Made by a program: the position numbers and the translations under genes. This document shows positions 9,512 to 19,068 of a stretch of 64,000 bases of DNA, piece by piece (the stretch's first letter is position 1; every line of letters starts with the position of its first letter). Under the pieces are notes generated by a model. That model saw only the letters and a program-made list of their open reading frames with translations, was not told the DNA's origin and did not search any database. The DNA is from an uncultured Candidatus Binatia bacterium. GTDB lineage: Bacteria > Desulfobacterota > Binatia > UBA9968 > JAJDTQ01. The stretch lies in the NCBI GenBank assembly GCA_965213675.1, contig OZ243916.1, forward strand, positions 1,344,001 through 1,408,000. The letters are read 5' to 3'.

Positions 9512-10603
9512 CTACTTCTTGGCCGCGAGCTTACGCCCTTCTTCCACGTAGTTGGCGCGGAACTTCTTCATTTCCTCGCCCGCCGTCTTCCACGGCACCA
9601 TGGACTTCTCGAGGTCCTTGGCCGAGGTCAACATGTGCGGCTCGATACCGACGGACTTCTTGTACTCGGCGCGGAACGCGGGATCCTCGTTCATGGCGAT
9701 GAAGGCGGAGCGCACCGCTTCCACCGCTGCCTTCGGGGTCTCCGGAGGCGCCAGGATCTGACGGTAGCTCGTCAGGATCTGGAAGAGCTGCCACAGCGGG
9801 CCGGCGGGTTCCTTGCCCGAGAGCCGCTTGACGAACTCACGCGCGGGCACGCCCGGGGCGATGGCCGGGATCTGGGCGTCGCTGCCGTACCACAGCGGAA
9901 CGGCGGTCCCCTTGTCCACGGCGATGGGCTTCACCCGCGGGATATAGAACGGCGTGCTGCCGTCCACGTAGTCGAGCTCCTTGCGCAGGAACGCCGCCAG
10001 CAGGTCCGACGAGCCCTGGTACCCCGTGACATAGTTGAACTTGATGCCCGCGAGGTCGAACAGTGTGCGGAACTTGAGGTCCTTGCTGCTGTCCGCGCGG
10101 AATCCACCGACGTTAAAGCTCTTGGCTTTCTTGAGATCGTCCAAATTGTTGAGCGGCGGATCGAGGTCCTTCCTGGCCACGCCGACACTCACGACGGGCG
10201 TGAACATGACCGGAATGATCTCCTCCATATTGGCCCGGAGACCGGCCTTTTTGGGATCGCCCACGTACCATTCCTGGTACCGGCCGCTGGCGGTCTGGCA
10301 ACCCATTATGGTGCCGTTTCGCCGCGCCCGCTCGTAAAGCCAGTTCATGGCCAGGTTGCCGCCGCCTCCCGCGCGGTTCTGGATCACGATGGTGGGATTG
10401 CCCTTGAGATGATTCTTCAGATGACGGGCGTAGATCCGGCACTCGATGTCCGTGGGTCCACCGGCGGAGTAGTCGACGATAAGCTTCAGCGTCTTGCCCT
10501 GATAGAAGGGCTTGTCCGCCGCGGACGCCTGGGTCCCCAGCAAGAGCCCGAACACGAGCACGGCAACCATGAATAGCACGGCTTTCTGTAATGTGGACTT
10601 CAT
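9512..10603 (-). CDS. TctC/Bug-family periplasmic substrate-binding protein
   Basis: Signal peptide, FYQGKTLKLIVDYSAGGPTD, NRAGGGG, VTGYQG; GGAGG RBS. Confidence 0.88.
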   Translation of the reverse strand: MKSTLQKAVLFMVAVLVFGLLLGTQASAADKPFYQGKTLKLIVDYSAGGPTDIECRIYARHLKNHLKGNPTIVIQNRAGGGGNLAMNWLYERARRNGTIMGCQTASGRYQEWYVGDPKKAGLRANMEEIIPVMFTPVVSVGVARKDLDPPLNNLDDLKKAKSFNVGGFRADSSKDLKFRTLFDLAGIKFNYVTGYQGSSDLLAAFLRKELDYVDGSTPFYIPRVKPIAVDKGTAVPLWYGSDAQIPAIAPGVPAREFVKRLSGKEPAGPLWQLFQILTSYRQILAPPETPKAAVEAVRSAFIAMNEDPAFRAEYKKSVGIEPHMLTSAKDLEKSMVPWKTAGEEMKKFRANYVEEGRKLAAKK

Positions 10604-10716
10604 CGCTTGCTCCCTCCTTGGGTCAGTGATTGCCGTCGTCCGGCGTTGGGGGCGTCGGTCCGGGACCGTCCGGGCCGACGCCCCGCCACTTGACACTCGT
10701 CGGTATCCCTATCGAG

Positions 10717-11553
10717 CTACGAAGCCTTGTGGACCCGCGCCATGGGACCGAACCCCGGCTTGTAGGTCTTGTCGTCGATGAACTGCTTGATCCCCTCGTC
10801 GTAGCCGCTCTCCCGGTCCTGCAGCTTGATCTGCGCGCCCTTGGCGGCCAAATAGTCCTCGGCCTGGGAGTAGTCCATGCTGCGCACGAGCTTGTAGGCC
10901 TGCTTGGTGGCGCGCAGCGCCCAGGGGTTCTTCTCCATGAGCTTCTTCGCCAGCTTCACGGTCTCGTCCCGGAGCTGGTCCGCCGGCACCGAGAAGTTCA
11001 CCAGCCGCATCTCCGCGGCCTTCTTGCCGTCGAACGGATCACCGGTCATGGCGTGGTACAGACCGTCGCGCAGCGACAGCATGTCCGTGACCACCCGGCT
11101 CACGAGACCGCCGGGCAGAATGCCCCAGTTGACCTCGGACAGCCCGAAGACGGCGTCATCCGCGGCGATGGCGAAGTCACAGGCCACCAGCGGGGTAAAG
11201 GCGCCGCCGAAGCAGAAGCCGTTGACCATGGCGATGGTGGGCTTGGGGAAGGTGAACAGCTTGCGCCAGCGCCACTCCTGGCTGCACCAGCTCGCCTGGC
11301 GCCGCAACGCCGGGTTCTTGTCGCCCTCGCGGAAGTATTCCTTCAGATCCTGTCCGGCGCACCAGCTATTGCCCGCGCCGGTGATGACCATAACCTGGGT
11401 CTCCGGGTCTCCCTCGGCCTCGGTCACCGCGTCGTACATGTCGAAATGAAGCTGCGGGCTCATGGCGTTGCGCTTCTCCGGCCGGTTGAGGATCACCCAG
11501 GTGAGGCCGTCCTCCTTCTCCACCCGCACGGTCTGATAATCTTTCGTCGTCAT
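10717..11553 (-). CDS. ech: p-hydroxycinnamoyl-CoA hydratase/lyase (crotonase family), copy 1
   Basis: LNRPEKRNAM, AGQDLKEYFRE, GLSEVNWG, QFIDDKTYKPG, all typical of HCHL. Confidence 0.85.
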   Translation of the reverse strand: MTTKDYQTVRVEKEDGLTWVILNRPEKRNAMSPQLHFDMYDAVTEAEGDPETQVMVITGAGNSWCAGQDLKEYFREGDKNPALRRQASWCSQEWRWRKLFTFPKPTIAMVNGFCFGGAFTPLVACDFAIAADDAVFGLSEVNWGILPGGLVSRVVTDMLSLRDGLYHAMTGDPFDGKKAAEMRLVNFSVPADQLRDETVKLAKKLMEKNPWALRATKQAYKLVRSMDYSQAEDYLAAKGAQIKLQDRESGYDEGIKQFIDDKTYKPGFGPMARVHKAS

Positions 11554-11652
11554 TAAACGTGTACCTCCTTGAAACGTTTGCGTGAGTTGCAATTTCGCCA
11601 ACTCTATTCAGTCGTGTTGCGCGAGTCAAGGCGCCAACGAACCGCCGGCGAG

Positions 11653-12489
11653 TCAGGAATCCCGGTTCACGCGGGCCATGGGGCCGAAGCCCGGCTTGTA
11701 GGTCTTGTCGTCGATGAACTGCTTGATGCCCTCGTCGTAACCACGCTCCCGGTCCTGCATCTTGATCTGCGCCTCCTTGGCAGCCAGGTAGTCCTCGGCC
11801 TGGGAGTAGTCCATGCCGCGCACCAGCTTGTAGGCCTGCTTGGTGGCCCGCAGCGCCCAGGGGTTCTTCTCCATGAGCTTCCTGGCCAGCTTCACGGTCT
11901 CGTCCCGGAGCTGATCGGCTGGCACCGCGTAGTTGACCAGCCGCATCTCCGCCGCCTTTCTGCCGTCGAAGGGGTCGCCGGTCATGGCGTGGTAGAGGCC
12001 GTCGCGCAGGCTCAACACGTCGGTGACGACACGGCTCACGAGGCCGCCGGGCAGGATGCCCCAGTTGACCTCGGACAGGCCGAAGATGGCGTCCTCGGCG
12101 GCGATGGCGAAATCACAGGCGATCATGGGGCTGAAGGCGCCGCCGAAGCAGTAACCGTTGACCATGGCGATGGTGGGCTTGGGGAAGGTGAACAGCTTGC
12201 GCCAGCGCCACTCCTGGCTGGCCCAGCCCACCTGCCGCTGGAATTCCGGGTTCTGGTCGCCTTCGCGGAAGAACTCCTTGAGGTCCATGCCGGCGCACCA
12301 GCTATTGCCCGCTCCAGTGATGACCATCACCTGGGTTTCCGGGTCCCCCTCGGCTTCGGTCACCACGTCGTACATGTCGAAGTGGAGCTGCGGGTTCATG
12401 GCGTTGCGCTTTTCCGGGCGGTTGAGAATCACCCAAGTGAGGCCGTCCTCCTTTTCCACCAGAACCGTCTTGTATTCCTTGGTTGCCAT
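11653..12489 (-). CDS. ech: p-hydroxycinnamoyl-CoA hydratase/lyase, copy 2 (tandem paralogue)
   Basis: Same 837-nt length and near-identical protein to copy 1; AGMDLKEFFRE. Confidence 0.85.
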   Translation of the reverse strand: MATKEYKTVLVEKEDGLTWVILNRPEKRNAMNPQLHFDMYDVVTEAEGDPETQVMVITGAGNSWCAGMDLKEFFREGDQNPEFQRQVGWASQEWRWRKLFTFPKPTIAMVNGYCFGGAFSPMIACDFAIAAEDAIFGLSEVNWGILPGGLVSRVVTDVLSLRDGLYHAMTGDPFDGRKAAEMRLVNYAVPADQLRDETVKLARKLMEKNPWALRATKQAYKLVRGMDYSQAEDYLAAKEAQIKMQDRERGYDEGIKQFIDDKTYKPGFGPMARVNRDS

Positions 12490-12906
12490 GGGCGGTTGTC
12501 TCCTTGGTTGTTTGCTGCCCCTACCGGTGTGGGGTCGGAATGCCAGCGTCTTGGACCAGACGTCCCCCATGGACGCCTCGTGACAGCTCGGGCGGTCGTG
12601 TTCCACCCGTGGGTTTTATTCGATCAACTTGACGAGGGTATTCGACGAGAGTTCTCATTGACACGGGGTTCGCGAGGCTGTCAAGGACGTAGCCGTCGCG
12701 CGGGCAACGCCGCCCATCCATTCATTTCCCGCAAGCGGAAAGGACGTTTCGCCCACCCCTGTGTGGCAAAATGCGACGCAACCGCGGTTTTGCTCCCATT
12801 GGACGTTGTGCTACTCTCTGGAGTCGGACCTGCGACACACTGCCGGGCCATCCCCATTCCCGACGCCCTGCGGGCGCTCGGAATTCAACCGGGGCGTATC
12901 GATACC

Positions 12907-13500
12907 ATGCAAATCTGCTGTTTGGATCTGGAGGGAGTCCTCCTGCCGGAAATCTGGATCGCGGTCGCCGATCATTTTCATAACGACGACCTGCGGCTCA
13001 CCACGCGCGACATCTCGGACTACGACAAGCTCATGCAGCACCGCCTGAAGGTGCTCAGAAAGAACCGCATCCGGCTGGCCGACATCCAGGGCGTCATCGC
13101 CGGCATGGAGCCACTGCCCGGGGCCAGGGACTTCCTCGACGACCTCTATCAGGACTTCCAGGTGGTGCTGCTGTCGGACACGTTCTACGAGTTCGCCATG
13201 CCGCTCATCCGCAAGCTCGGCAACCCGACGCTGTTGTGCAACTGGCTCACGGTGAGCCGGTCGGGGTACATCGCCAACTATATCCTCCGCCAGAAGGACG
13301 GCAAGCGCAAAGCCGTGAAGGCATTCAAGCAAATCGGCTTTCGCGTGGTGGCGGCGGGGGACTCTTACAACGACCTGAGCATGCTGCGCACCGCCGACCG
13401 CGGCGTGCTGTTCAATCCGCCGGAGGCCATCGTCAAGCGCCACCCGGCTTTGCCGGTGTCGCGCGACTACGCGGTGCTGGCGCGGCTGCTGCGACAGTAG
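12907..13500 (+). CDS. thrH: phosphoserine phosphatase / homoserine phosphotransferase (HAD family)
   Basis: CLDLEGVLLPEIW, TTRD..DYD.LM, LSDTFYEF, AAGDSYND. Confidence 0.92.
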   Translation: MQICCLDLEGVLLPEIWIAVADHFHNDDLRLTTRDISDYDKLMQHRLKVLRKNRIRLADIQGVIAGMEPLPGARDFLDDLYQDFQVVLLSDTFYEFAMPLIRKLGNPTLLCNWLTVSRSGYIANYILRQKDGKRKAVKAFKQIGFRVVAAGDSYNDLSMLRTADRGVLFNPPEAIVKRHPALPVSRDYAVLARLLRQ

Positions 13501-13521
13501 GGTCATGGCGCACGCGGTCAT

Positions 13522-13565
13522 CCGTTCGTCCTGAGCGGAGCGCCGGCGAAGCAAGGTCAAGGGAC
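13522..13565. repeat. degenerate REP-like palindromic element
   Basis: CCGTTCGTCCTGAGC...AAGGGAC; shares the CCTGAGC core with the reverse complement of 21957-21980. Confidence 0.35.
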
Positions 13566-13600
13566 CCACACAAACAAACAACCAACCAAGGAGAATTCCC

Positions 13601-14992
13601 ATGCTGGACGTGCTTGTTGCCAACGCCGATATCATCACCGCCGACCACCGCTACCAGGGCTCGGTGGGCATCCAGAACGGCATGATCGCCGGCATCTACG
13701 CCCCCGGCTCGACGCCCGAGGCCGCCGAGGTGGTGGACGCCACCAACCTGGCGCTCCTCCCCGGCGCGGTGGACATGCACTCGCACCACCGCGAAGGCGG
13801 CGAGCCCGGTGGCTACGACTACAAGGAGAACATCCACACCGCCACCATGCAGTGCGCGGCCGGCGGCGTCACCACGTCGGTGGCCATGCCCAATGTGACG
13901 CCGCCGCCCAACTCGGTGCCGCGCCTCGAACAGTTGTTCTCGGTCTACGAACGCGAGGCCATCATCGACTTCAACGTCAACCCGGCCGGGACCATCCCGG
14001 AAGAGATCCCCAAGCTGGCCAAGATGGGCATCGGCGCATTCAAGGTGTTCATGGTAGTGGACACGGGGCGGGACTATCCGCACATGCCCGGCATCGGGGT
14101 TCACGACCACGGCAAGCTCATGGAGATCATGGAGACGTGCGCCGCGGCCAACGTGCCACTCATGGTGCATCCCCACGATCAGCCCCTCATGGACTACATC
14201 GAAAAGAAGTACTGGGACCGGGGGGAGCGCGACTGTTTGGCCTACGCCAAGGCCTATGCCGAAAACGACGGCGTCATCTGGGAAACCGCCATCCAGTTCC
14301 TCATCCGCCTGCAGGCGGCCACCGGCGTACACCTGCACATACTGCACGTCCAGACCGAGGGCACCGTGGAGATGATCCGCCGGGCCAAGGACGCCGGCCA
14401 GCGGGTGACCGCCGAGATCAACCCCTGGGCGATCTTCCTGGGATCGGACTGGAGCGAGATCGAGCGGCTGGGCTCCTACGCCCTCTCCTACTGGATCCCG
14501 GAGAAGAACTCGCCGGCCCTGTGGGAGGGTCTGCGCGACGGCACCATCGACATCGTCGCCACCGACCACGCGCCGCACACGCGCGCGGAAAAGGAGATCG
14601 GCTGGGAGGACGGCTGGAAGGCGCACACCGGAACGCCGTCCGCGCAGTACTACATGAGCCTGCTCATGGACGCCGTATCCAAGGGCAAGATCCCGCTGAA
14701 CCGCATGGTGGAGGCCACTTCGACCCTGCCCGCGCGCATCTTCGGCGTGCACAACAAGGGCCGCATCGAGGTGGGCTACGACGCCGATCTGGTGCTGGTG
14801 GACCTGAACGCCGAAAAGGAAATCCGCGACGAGGACGTGCTCAGCCTCATCGGCTGGAGCCCCTACACCGGGCGCACGCTCAAGGGCTGGCCCGTGCGCA
14901 CCTTCGTGCGCGGCACCACCGTATACCGCGACGGCAAGGTGGTGGGACCCAAAGGCCACGGCCGGCAGGCAAAGGCCACGTATCCGGGGTAG
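13601..14992 (+). CDS. cyclic amidohydrolase (dihydroorotase/allantoinase/hydantoinase family)
   Basis: DMHSH, GGVTT..AMPN, FKVFM, ATDHAPH, KGRIEVGYDADLVLVD. Confidence 0.88.
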   Translation: MLDVLVANADIITADHRYQGSVGIQNGMIAGIYAPGSTPEAAEVVDATNLALLPGAVDMHSHHREGGEPGGYDYKENIHTATMQCAAGGVTTSVAMPNVTPPPNSVPRLEQLFSVYEREAIIDFNVNPAGTIPEEIPKLAKMGIGAFKVFMVVDTGRDYPHMPGIGVHDHGKLMEIMETCAAANVPLMVHPHDQPLMDYIEKKYWDRGERDCLAYAKAYAENDGVIWETAIQFLIRLQAATGVHLHILHVQTEGTVEMIRRAKDAGQRVTAEINPWAIFLGSDWSEIERLGSYALSYWIPEKNSPALWEGLRDGTIDIVATDHAPHTRAEKEIGWEDGWKAHTGTPSAQYYMSLLMDAVSKGKIPLNRMVEATSTLPARIFGVHNKGRIEVGYDADLVLVDLNAEKEIRDEDVLSLIGWSPYTGRTLKGWPVRTFVRGTTVYRDGKVVGPKGHGRQAKATYPG

Positions 14993-14997
14993 GCGGG

Positions 14998-15753
14998 TCA
15001 GGCGATGAATACGCGGCCGCCGTCTACGTTGATGAGCTGGCCGGTGATCATGTCGCTGTCGTCGGAGGCGAGGAAGGCCACGACCCCGTCGAGGTCGCTG
15101 GGCAGGAGATGGCGCTCCACGCTGCGCTGCCGCAGCATGTGCTCCGAGGGTGTTTCCAGTGCTTCCCGCGCCTGCGAGGTGTCGACGCCGCCGGGAGCGA
15201 TGGCGTTCACATTGATGTGAAAGGGGCCAAGATCGGTGGCCAGGGCGCGGGTGAGGCCGACGATCCCCATCTTGGACGACACGTACTCGTGGCTGAGCGT
15301 TCGGCCATGGAGCGCCACCCCCGAGCTGATGTTGATGATCTTCCCTTTGGGCGAGTGCTTCATGTAGGGCACCACCGCCCGGGTCGCCAGATACGTTCCA
15401 GTGAGGTTGACCGCGATGATGCGTTCCCAGTCCGCCAGTTTCGACTCTTCGATGGGCACCCGCGGCGTGTTGCGCACGATGCCGGCGTTGTTCACCAGGA
15501 TGTCGATGCTGCCGAAGTAGTCGAACGCCTTTTTTGCGGCCTCCTTCGTCTGCCGCTCCGAGGTCACGTCCATCTCCACCGCCAGGGCCTGACGCCCCTT
15601 GCGCGCCACCAGCCGGGCGGTCCCCTGGACCCCGGCGAAATTCACGTCGGTGGCGCACACCTGGGCGCCTTCCGCGGCAAGCCGCACCGCGTAGGCGCGC
15701 CCCAGGCCCGTGGCCGCGCCCGTGACCAGGGCGACGCGTTCAGCCAGCCGCAT
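14998..15753 (-). CDS. short-chain dehydrogenase/reductase (SDR)
   Basis: TGAATGLG, NNAG, YVSSK, ITGQLINVDGG. Confidence 0.93.
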   Translation of the reverse strand: MRLAERVALVTGAATGLGRAYAVRLAAEGAQVCATDVNFAGVQGTARLVARKGRQALAVEMDVTSERQTKEAAKKAFDYFGSIDILVNNAGIVRNTPRVPIEESKLADWERIIAVNLTGTYLATRAVVPYMKHSPKGKIINISSGVALHGRTLSHEYVSSKMGIVGLTRALATDLGPFHINVNAIAPGGVDTSQAREALETPSEHMLRQRSVERHLLPSDLDGVVAFLASDDSDMITGQLINVDGGRVFIA

Positions 15754-16318
15754 GGCGCTGCTCCGTATCCCGGCCGGGCAGGTCCGGGTTCGCGCCGCGC
15801 CGTGGCCCGGCGCCCCCTTCCCTCGCGCCCCCTTCCCGGCCGCGGTCCATGTGGCGCCGCTCCAATTCCAGCAGGTGCTCCTTGATCTCCAGGCCGCCGG
15901 CGTATCCCGTCAGGCGCCCGTCCCCCCCGATGACCCGATGACAGGGGATGACGATGGGAATGGGGTTGCGTCCGTTGGCGGCGCCCACCGCGCGCACCGC
16001 CGCCGGCTGGCCCAGGGCGCGGGCCTGCTCGCCGTAGGTACGGGTGGCGCCGTAGGGGATATCGCGCAGCGCGTTCCACACCCGCAACTGAAACGGGGTG
16101 CCGGACGGCGCCAGCGGAAGCTGAAACGCCGTGCGCCGTCCCGCGAAGTATTCGTCGAGCTGGCGCCGCGCCTCCGCCACCACCGTCCCGCCCCGGCTCC
16201 AGCCGTCCTCCGCCGTGCCGGGATGCCGTCCACGGGAGAAGCCGATCCGCGTGAGCGAGGCTTCGTCCGAGACAATCAAGAGAGCGCCCAGCGGACTTTC
16301 CATCCAATCGTAGTACAT
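15740..16318 (-). CDS. ogt: methylated-DNA--protein-cysteine S-methyltransferase
   Basis: GTPFQLRVW, IPYG.T.TYG, RAVGAANGRNP, PCHRV active site. Confidence 0.93.
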   Translation of the reverse strand: MYYDWMESPLGALLIVSDEASLTRIGFSRGRHPGTAEDGWSRGGTVVAEARRQLDEYFAGRRTAFQLPLAPSGTPFQLRVWNALRDIPYGATRTYGEQARALGQPAAVRAVGAANGRNPIPIVIPCHRVIGGDGRLTGYAGGLEIKEHLLELERRHMDRGREGGAREGGAGPRRGANPDLPGRDTEQRHAAG

Positions 16319-16380
16319 GCTCCCCTCTCTGAGTCGCAAACACGCTTGCGCATCCCCGCGGCCTTTCGGTGGCCGGCCGG

Positions 16381-16995
16381 CTAACCCGCCGCCTTTCGCG
16401 CCTCCAGTTCGGCGGCCTCGGCGGCGGTCTTGCCCCAAAGGGGCGGGTCCTTCAGGTACGCTTCCTCTTCGGGAGTGTTGGTGCGCCCCAGGACCGCGTT
16501 GCGATGAGGGAAACGGCCGAAGCGCTTGATGGCGTCGTGGTGACCCACGGCCGCGCGCATGGAATCCTCGGCGCCGAGGCTGCCGTACAAGACCAGCGCG
16601 CGCTCCTGATCGGCCAGTTGCTCGCTGTGCTCGAACGGCAGGTAGATGAAGGTTCGGGGCCAACGCGACAAACCGCGGTCGTAGCCCCTGTCCAGCGCGT
16701 AGCCGGCCACCGCACGCGCCTTGGGGTCGGTGGCGAAGGCGCGCGGCGTGCCGCGAAAGATGTTGCGCGGGAACTGATCCAGGCACAGGATCAACGTCAG
16801 GCAGTCTTCCGCGTTTTCCTTGAAGTGGTCCAGCTCACCCGCCGCCGCCTGCTCGTGAACCCCGGCGTAGTGCTCGACGAGATACCGGTCGAACTCCGGC
16901 GTGGAGCGAAACCACACCTGGCGCTTCTCCCGCTCCGCGCCGAGGTCCAACGTTTCAAACCAGAAAGCAAGTATTTCTCTGGACAAAGGTTCCAC
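16381..16995 (-). CDS. DUF924 family protein
   Basis: ILAFWF, LDQFPRNIFRG, YLPFEHSE, RFGRFPHRNAVLGR; start (GTG) uncertain. Confidence 0.88.
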   Translation of the reverse strand: MEPLSREILAFWFETLDLGAEREKRQVWFRSTPEFDRYLVEHYAGVHEQAAAGELDHFKENAEDCLTLILCLDQFPRNIFRGTPRAFATDPKARAVAGYALDRGYDRGLSRWPRTFIYLPFEHSEQLADQERALVLYGSLGAEDSMRAAVGHHDAIKRFGRFPHRNAVLGRTNTPEEEAYLKDPPLWGKTAAEAAELEARKAAG

Positions 16996-17101
16996 GTGCG
17001 CTCCGTCTATGGGGGGTGCATGCGCGCCGGGCCGCTGGACACTGTGCGCATTTCCAGAGAACCTCCCGGCGCCGGCAACCCGCCCAATTAAATCGGTGCA
17101 A

Positions 17102-17115
17102 GTCTTGACCAAGAC
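17102..17115. promoter_or_regulatory. candidate operator palindrome GTCTTG-AC-CAAGAC in divergent promoter region
   Basis: Perfect 6-2-6 inverted repeat in an AT-rich stretch flanked by two CCCAATT copies. Confidence 0.4.
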
Positions 17116-17123
17116 AAACCCAA

Positions 17124-18143
17124 TTGCAACACTGCCGGGGACCTGTCGCAGGCGGGTCAAAATTCGGTGCCCGGGAGGCTGTCACGTTATATTTCGAGGA
17201 CAAGGTCAGGGCCAGTGGCCGCTCGCTGCGGAAGCAGAAGCTCCAGGTGCTCCAGGTGAACATGGGGAAGTACTGCAATCAGTCGTGCTTCCACTGTCAC
17301 GTGGAGGCCGGACCGGGCCGCAAGGAGACGATGGAACGGAACACCGTGGACGACGTGTTGCGGTTCCTCGAACGCTCCGACATTCCCACCTTGGACATCA
17401 CCGGCGGCGCGCCGGAGTTGAACCTCCACTTCGACCACCTGGTGGAGTCCTGCAAGGGCCTCGGGCGACACGTCATGGACCGCTGCAACCTCACGGTCTT
17501 CTACGAGGAAGGAAAGGAATACCTGCCCGAATTCTTCAAGCGCCACCAGGTCGAGGTGATCTGCTCGCTGCCCTGCTACACCCGGGATAACGTGGACAGC
17601 CAGCGCGGCAACGGCACCTTCGAGTTGAGCGTGCGCGGGCTGCAGGAACTGAACCGGCTGGGCTATGGGCAACCTGACACGGGGCTGGAACTCAACCTCG
17701 TCTACAATCCCATGGGCAACTACCTGCCGCCGCCGCAGCCGGAACTCGAAGACGACTACCGGCGCATGCTCGGCGAAGATTTCGGCATCGTCTTCAACCG
17801 CCTCTATTGTCTCACCAACATGCCCATCACCCGCTTCAAGAAGTTCCTCAAGCAGCGGGGCCAATACGATGACTACCTGAAGCTCCTGGAGGAGCATTTC
17901 AACGCCGGCACCGTGGAGAAGGTGATGTGCCGAGACCTCCTGAGCGTGGCGTGGGACGGCTCGGTGTACGACTGCGACTTCAACCAGATGCTCGACATGC
18001 CCTTGGGACAGGTCAACGGAAAGCGCCCTCACATCCGGGAATTCTCCGCCGCCGACTTCGAGGACGAGCCCATCCTGACGGGGAACCACTGCTACGCCTG
18101 CACCGCCGGCACCGGCAGCAGTTGCGGCGGCGCGCTGCTCTGA
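17124..18143 (+). CDS. arsS: ArsS-like radical SAM / Cys-rich domain protein (arsenosugar biosynthesis family)
   Basis: CNQSCFHCHVEAGP, DITGGAPE, DRCNLT, SLPCY, YDCDFNQML, HCYACTAG.GSSCGG; start uncertain. Confidence 0.85.
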   Translation: MQHCRGPVAGGSKFGAREAVTLYFEDKVRASGRSLRKQKLQVLQVNMGKYCNQSCFHCHVEAGPGRKETMERNTVDDVLRFLERSDIPTLDITGGAPELNLHFDHLVESCKGLGRHVMDRCNLTVFYEEGKEYLPEFFKRHQVEVICSLPCYTRDNVDSQRGNGTFELSVRGLQELNRLGYGQPDTGLELNLVYNPMGNYLPPPQPELEDDYRRMLGEDFGIVFNRLYCLTNMPITRFKKFLKQRGQYDDYLKLLEEHFNAGTVEKVMCRDLLSVAWDGSVYDCDFNQMLDMPLGQVNGKRPHIREFSAADFEDEPILTGNHCYACTAGTGSSCGGALL

Positions 18144-18229
18144 GCGGCCGGCGACGGAACGTCCCGCACGGATGAGTCGCCGCCTTGGCGCATGTAGCGC
18201 CAGGGGTCCGGCGCGCGCCCCATCCGTCC

Positions 18230-18910
18230 ATGCAACTCTCCATCATCATTCCCGTGCTGAACGAGGAACGCGCCATCGCGGCCACCCTCGCGGACCTGCG
18301 CCGGGTCGAGGCGTGCGAGATCATCGTCGTGGACGGCGGCAGCACCGACCGGACCGCGGAGATCGTGGGCGCAAGCGCGGCCCATCTCGTCGTGGACGCG
18401 CCGCGGGGCCGGGGTGCGCAGATGAATGCGGGCGCGCGGCGCGCCTCCGGAGACGTGTTGCTCTTCCTGCACGCCGACACGCGCCTCCCCGCCAGCGCGA
18501 GCCGGGACATACGGCAGTGCATGGCCGACAGCCGCTGCGTCGGCGGCCGCTTCGATATTCGTCTGGACAGCGCTCGGCCGCTGCTCCGCCTCGTGGGCCG
18601 CATGATCAGCCTGCGCTCGCGCCTGACCCGGGTGGCCACCGGGGATCAAGCCCTGTTCGCCCGCCGCGCCGTGTTCGAGCGCCTCGGCGGCTTTCCCGAA
18701 ATGCCCCTCATGGAAGACGTGGCGTTCTCGCGCGCCCTCAAGCGGACCGGGCGCATCGCCTGTCTCCGCTCGCGCGTGGTCAGCTCCGCGCGCCGCTGGG
18801 AGAAGCAAGGGCCGATACGCACCATCCTGCTCATGTGGGCGCTGAAGCTGCTCTACCTGGCCGGCGTGCCCGCCGGGCGGCTGAAGCGGCTGTACGGTGA
18901 CACGCGCTGA
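18230..18910 (+). CDS. GT2 glycosyltransferase of the radical SAM/arsenosugar-associated type
   Basis: IIIPVLNEE, VDGGSTD, GRGAQMNAGA, FLHADT, GDQALF, PLMEDV, SARRW. Confidence 0.87.
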   Translation: MQLSIIIPVLNEERAIAATLADLRRVEACEIIVVDGGSTDRTAEIVGASAAHLVVDAPRGRGAQMNAGARRASGDVLLFLHADTRLPASASRDIRQCMADSRCVGGRFDIRLDSARPLLRLVGRMISLRSRLTRVATGDQALFARRAVFERLGGFPEMPLMEDVAFSRALKRTGRIACLRSRVVSSARRWEKQGPIRTILLMWALKLLYLAGVPAGRLKRLYGDTR

Positions 18911-19068
18911 GCGAACCGGCAACGAACGTGTCCGGCGCGACGCTCGCGGCGACGCATGCCCGCGTTCCGGCCCGCTCCGGAGACGCGCCCGGGCGCGGCG
19001 GACCCACTGACGTCGCGGGCCACCGCCAGGCGCACGCTGGCAAGCGATTCACACATCACGGACGAACC

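Noticed and set aside
18110-18180. Selenocysteine recoding at the end of the ArsS-like gene
   Set aside because: The GSSCGG position is TGC (Cys); the TGA falls at the normal family C-terminus
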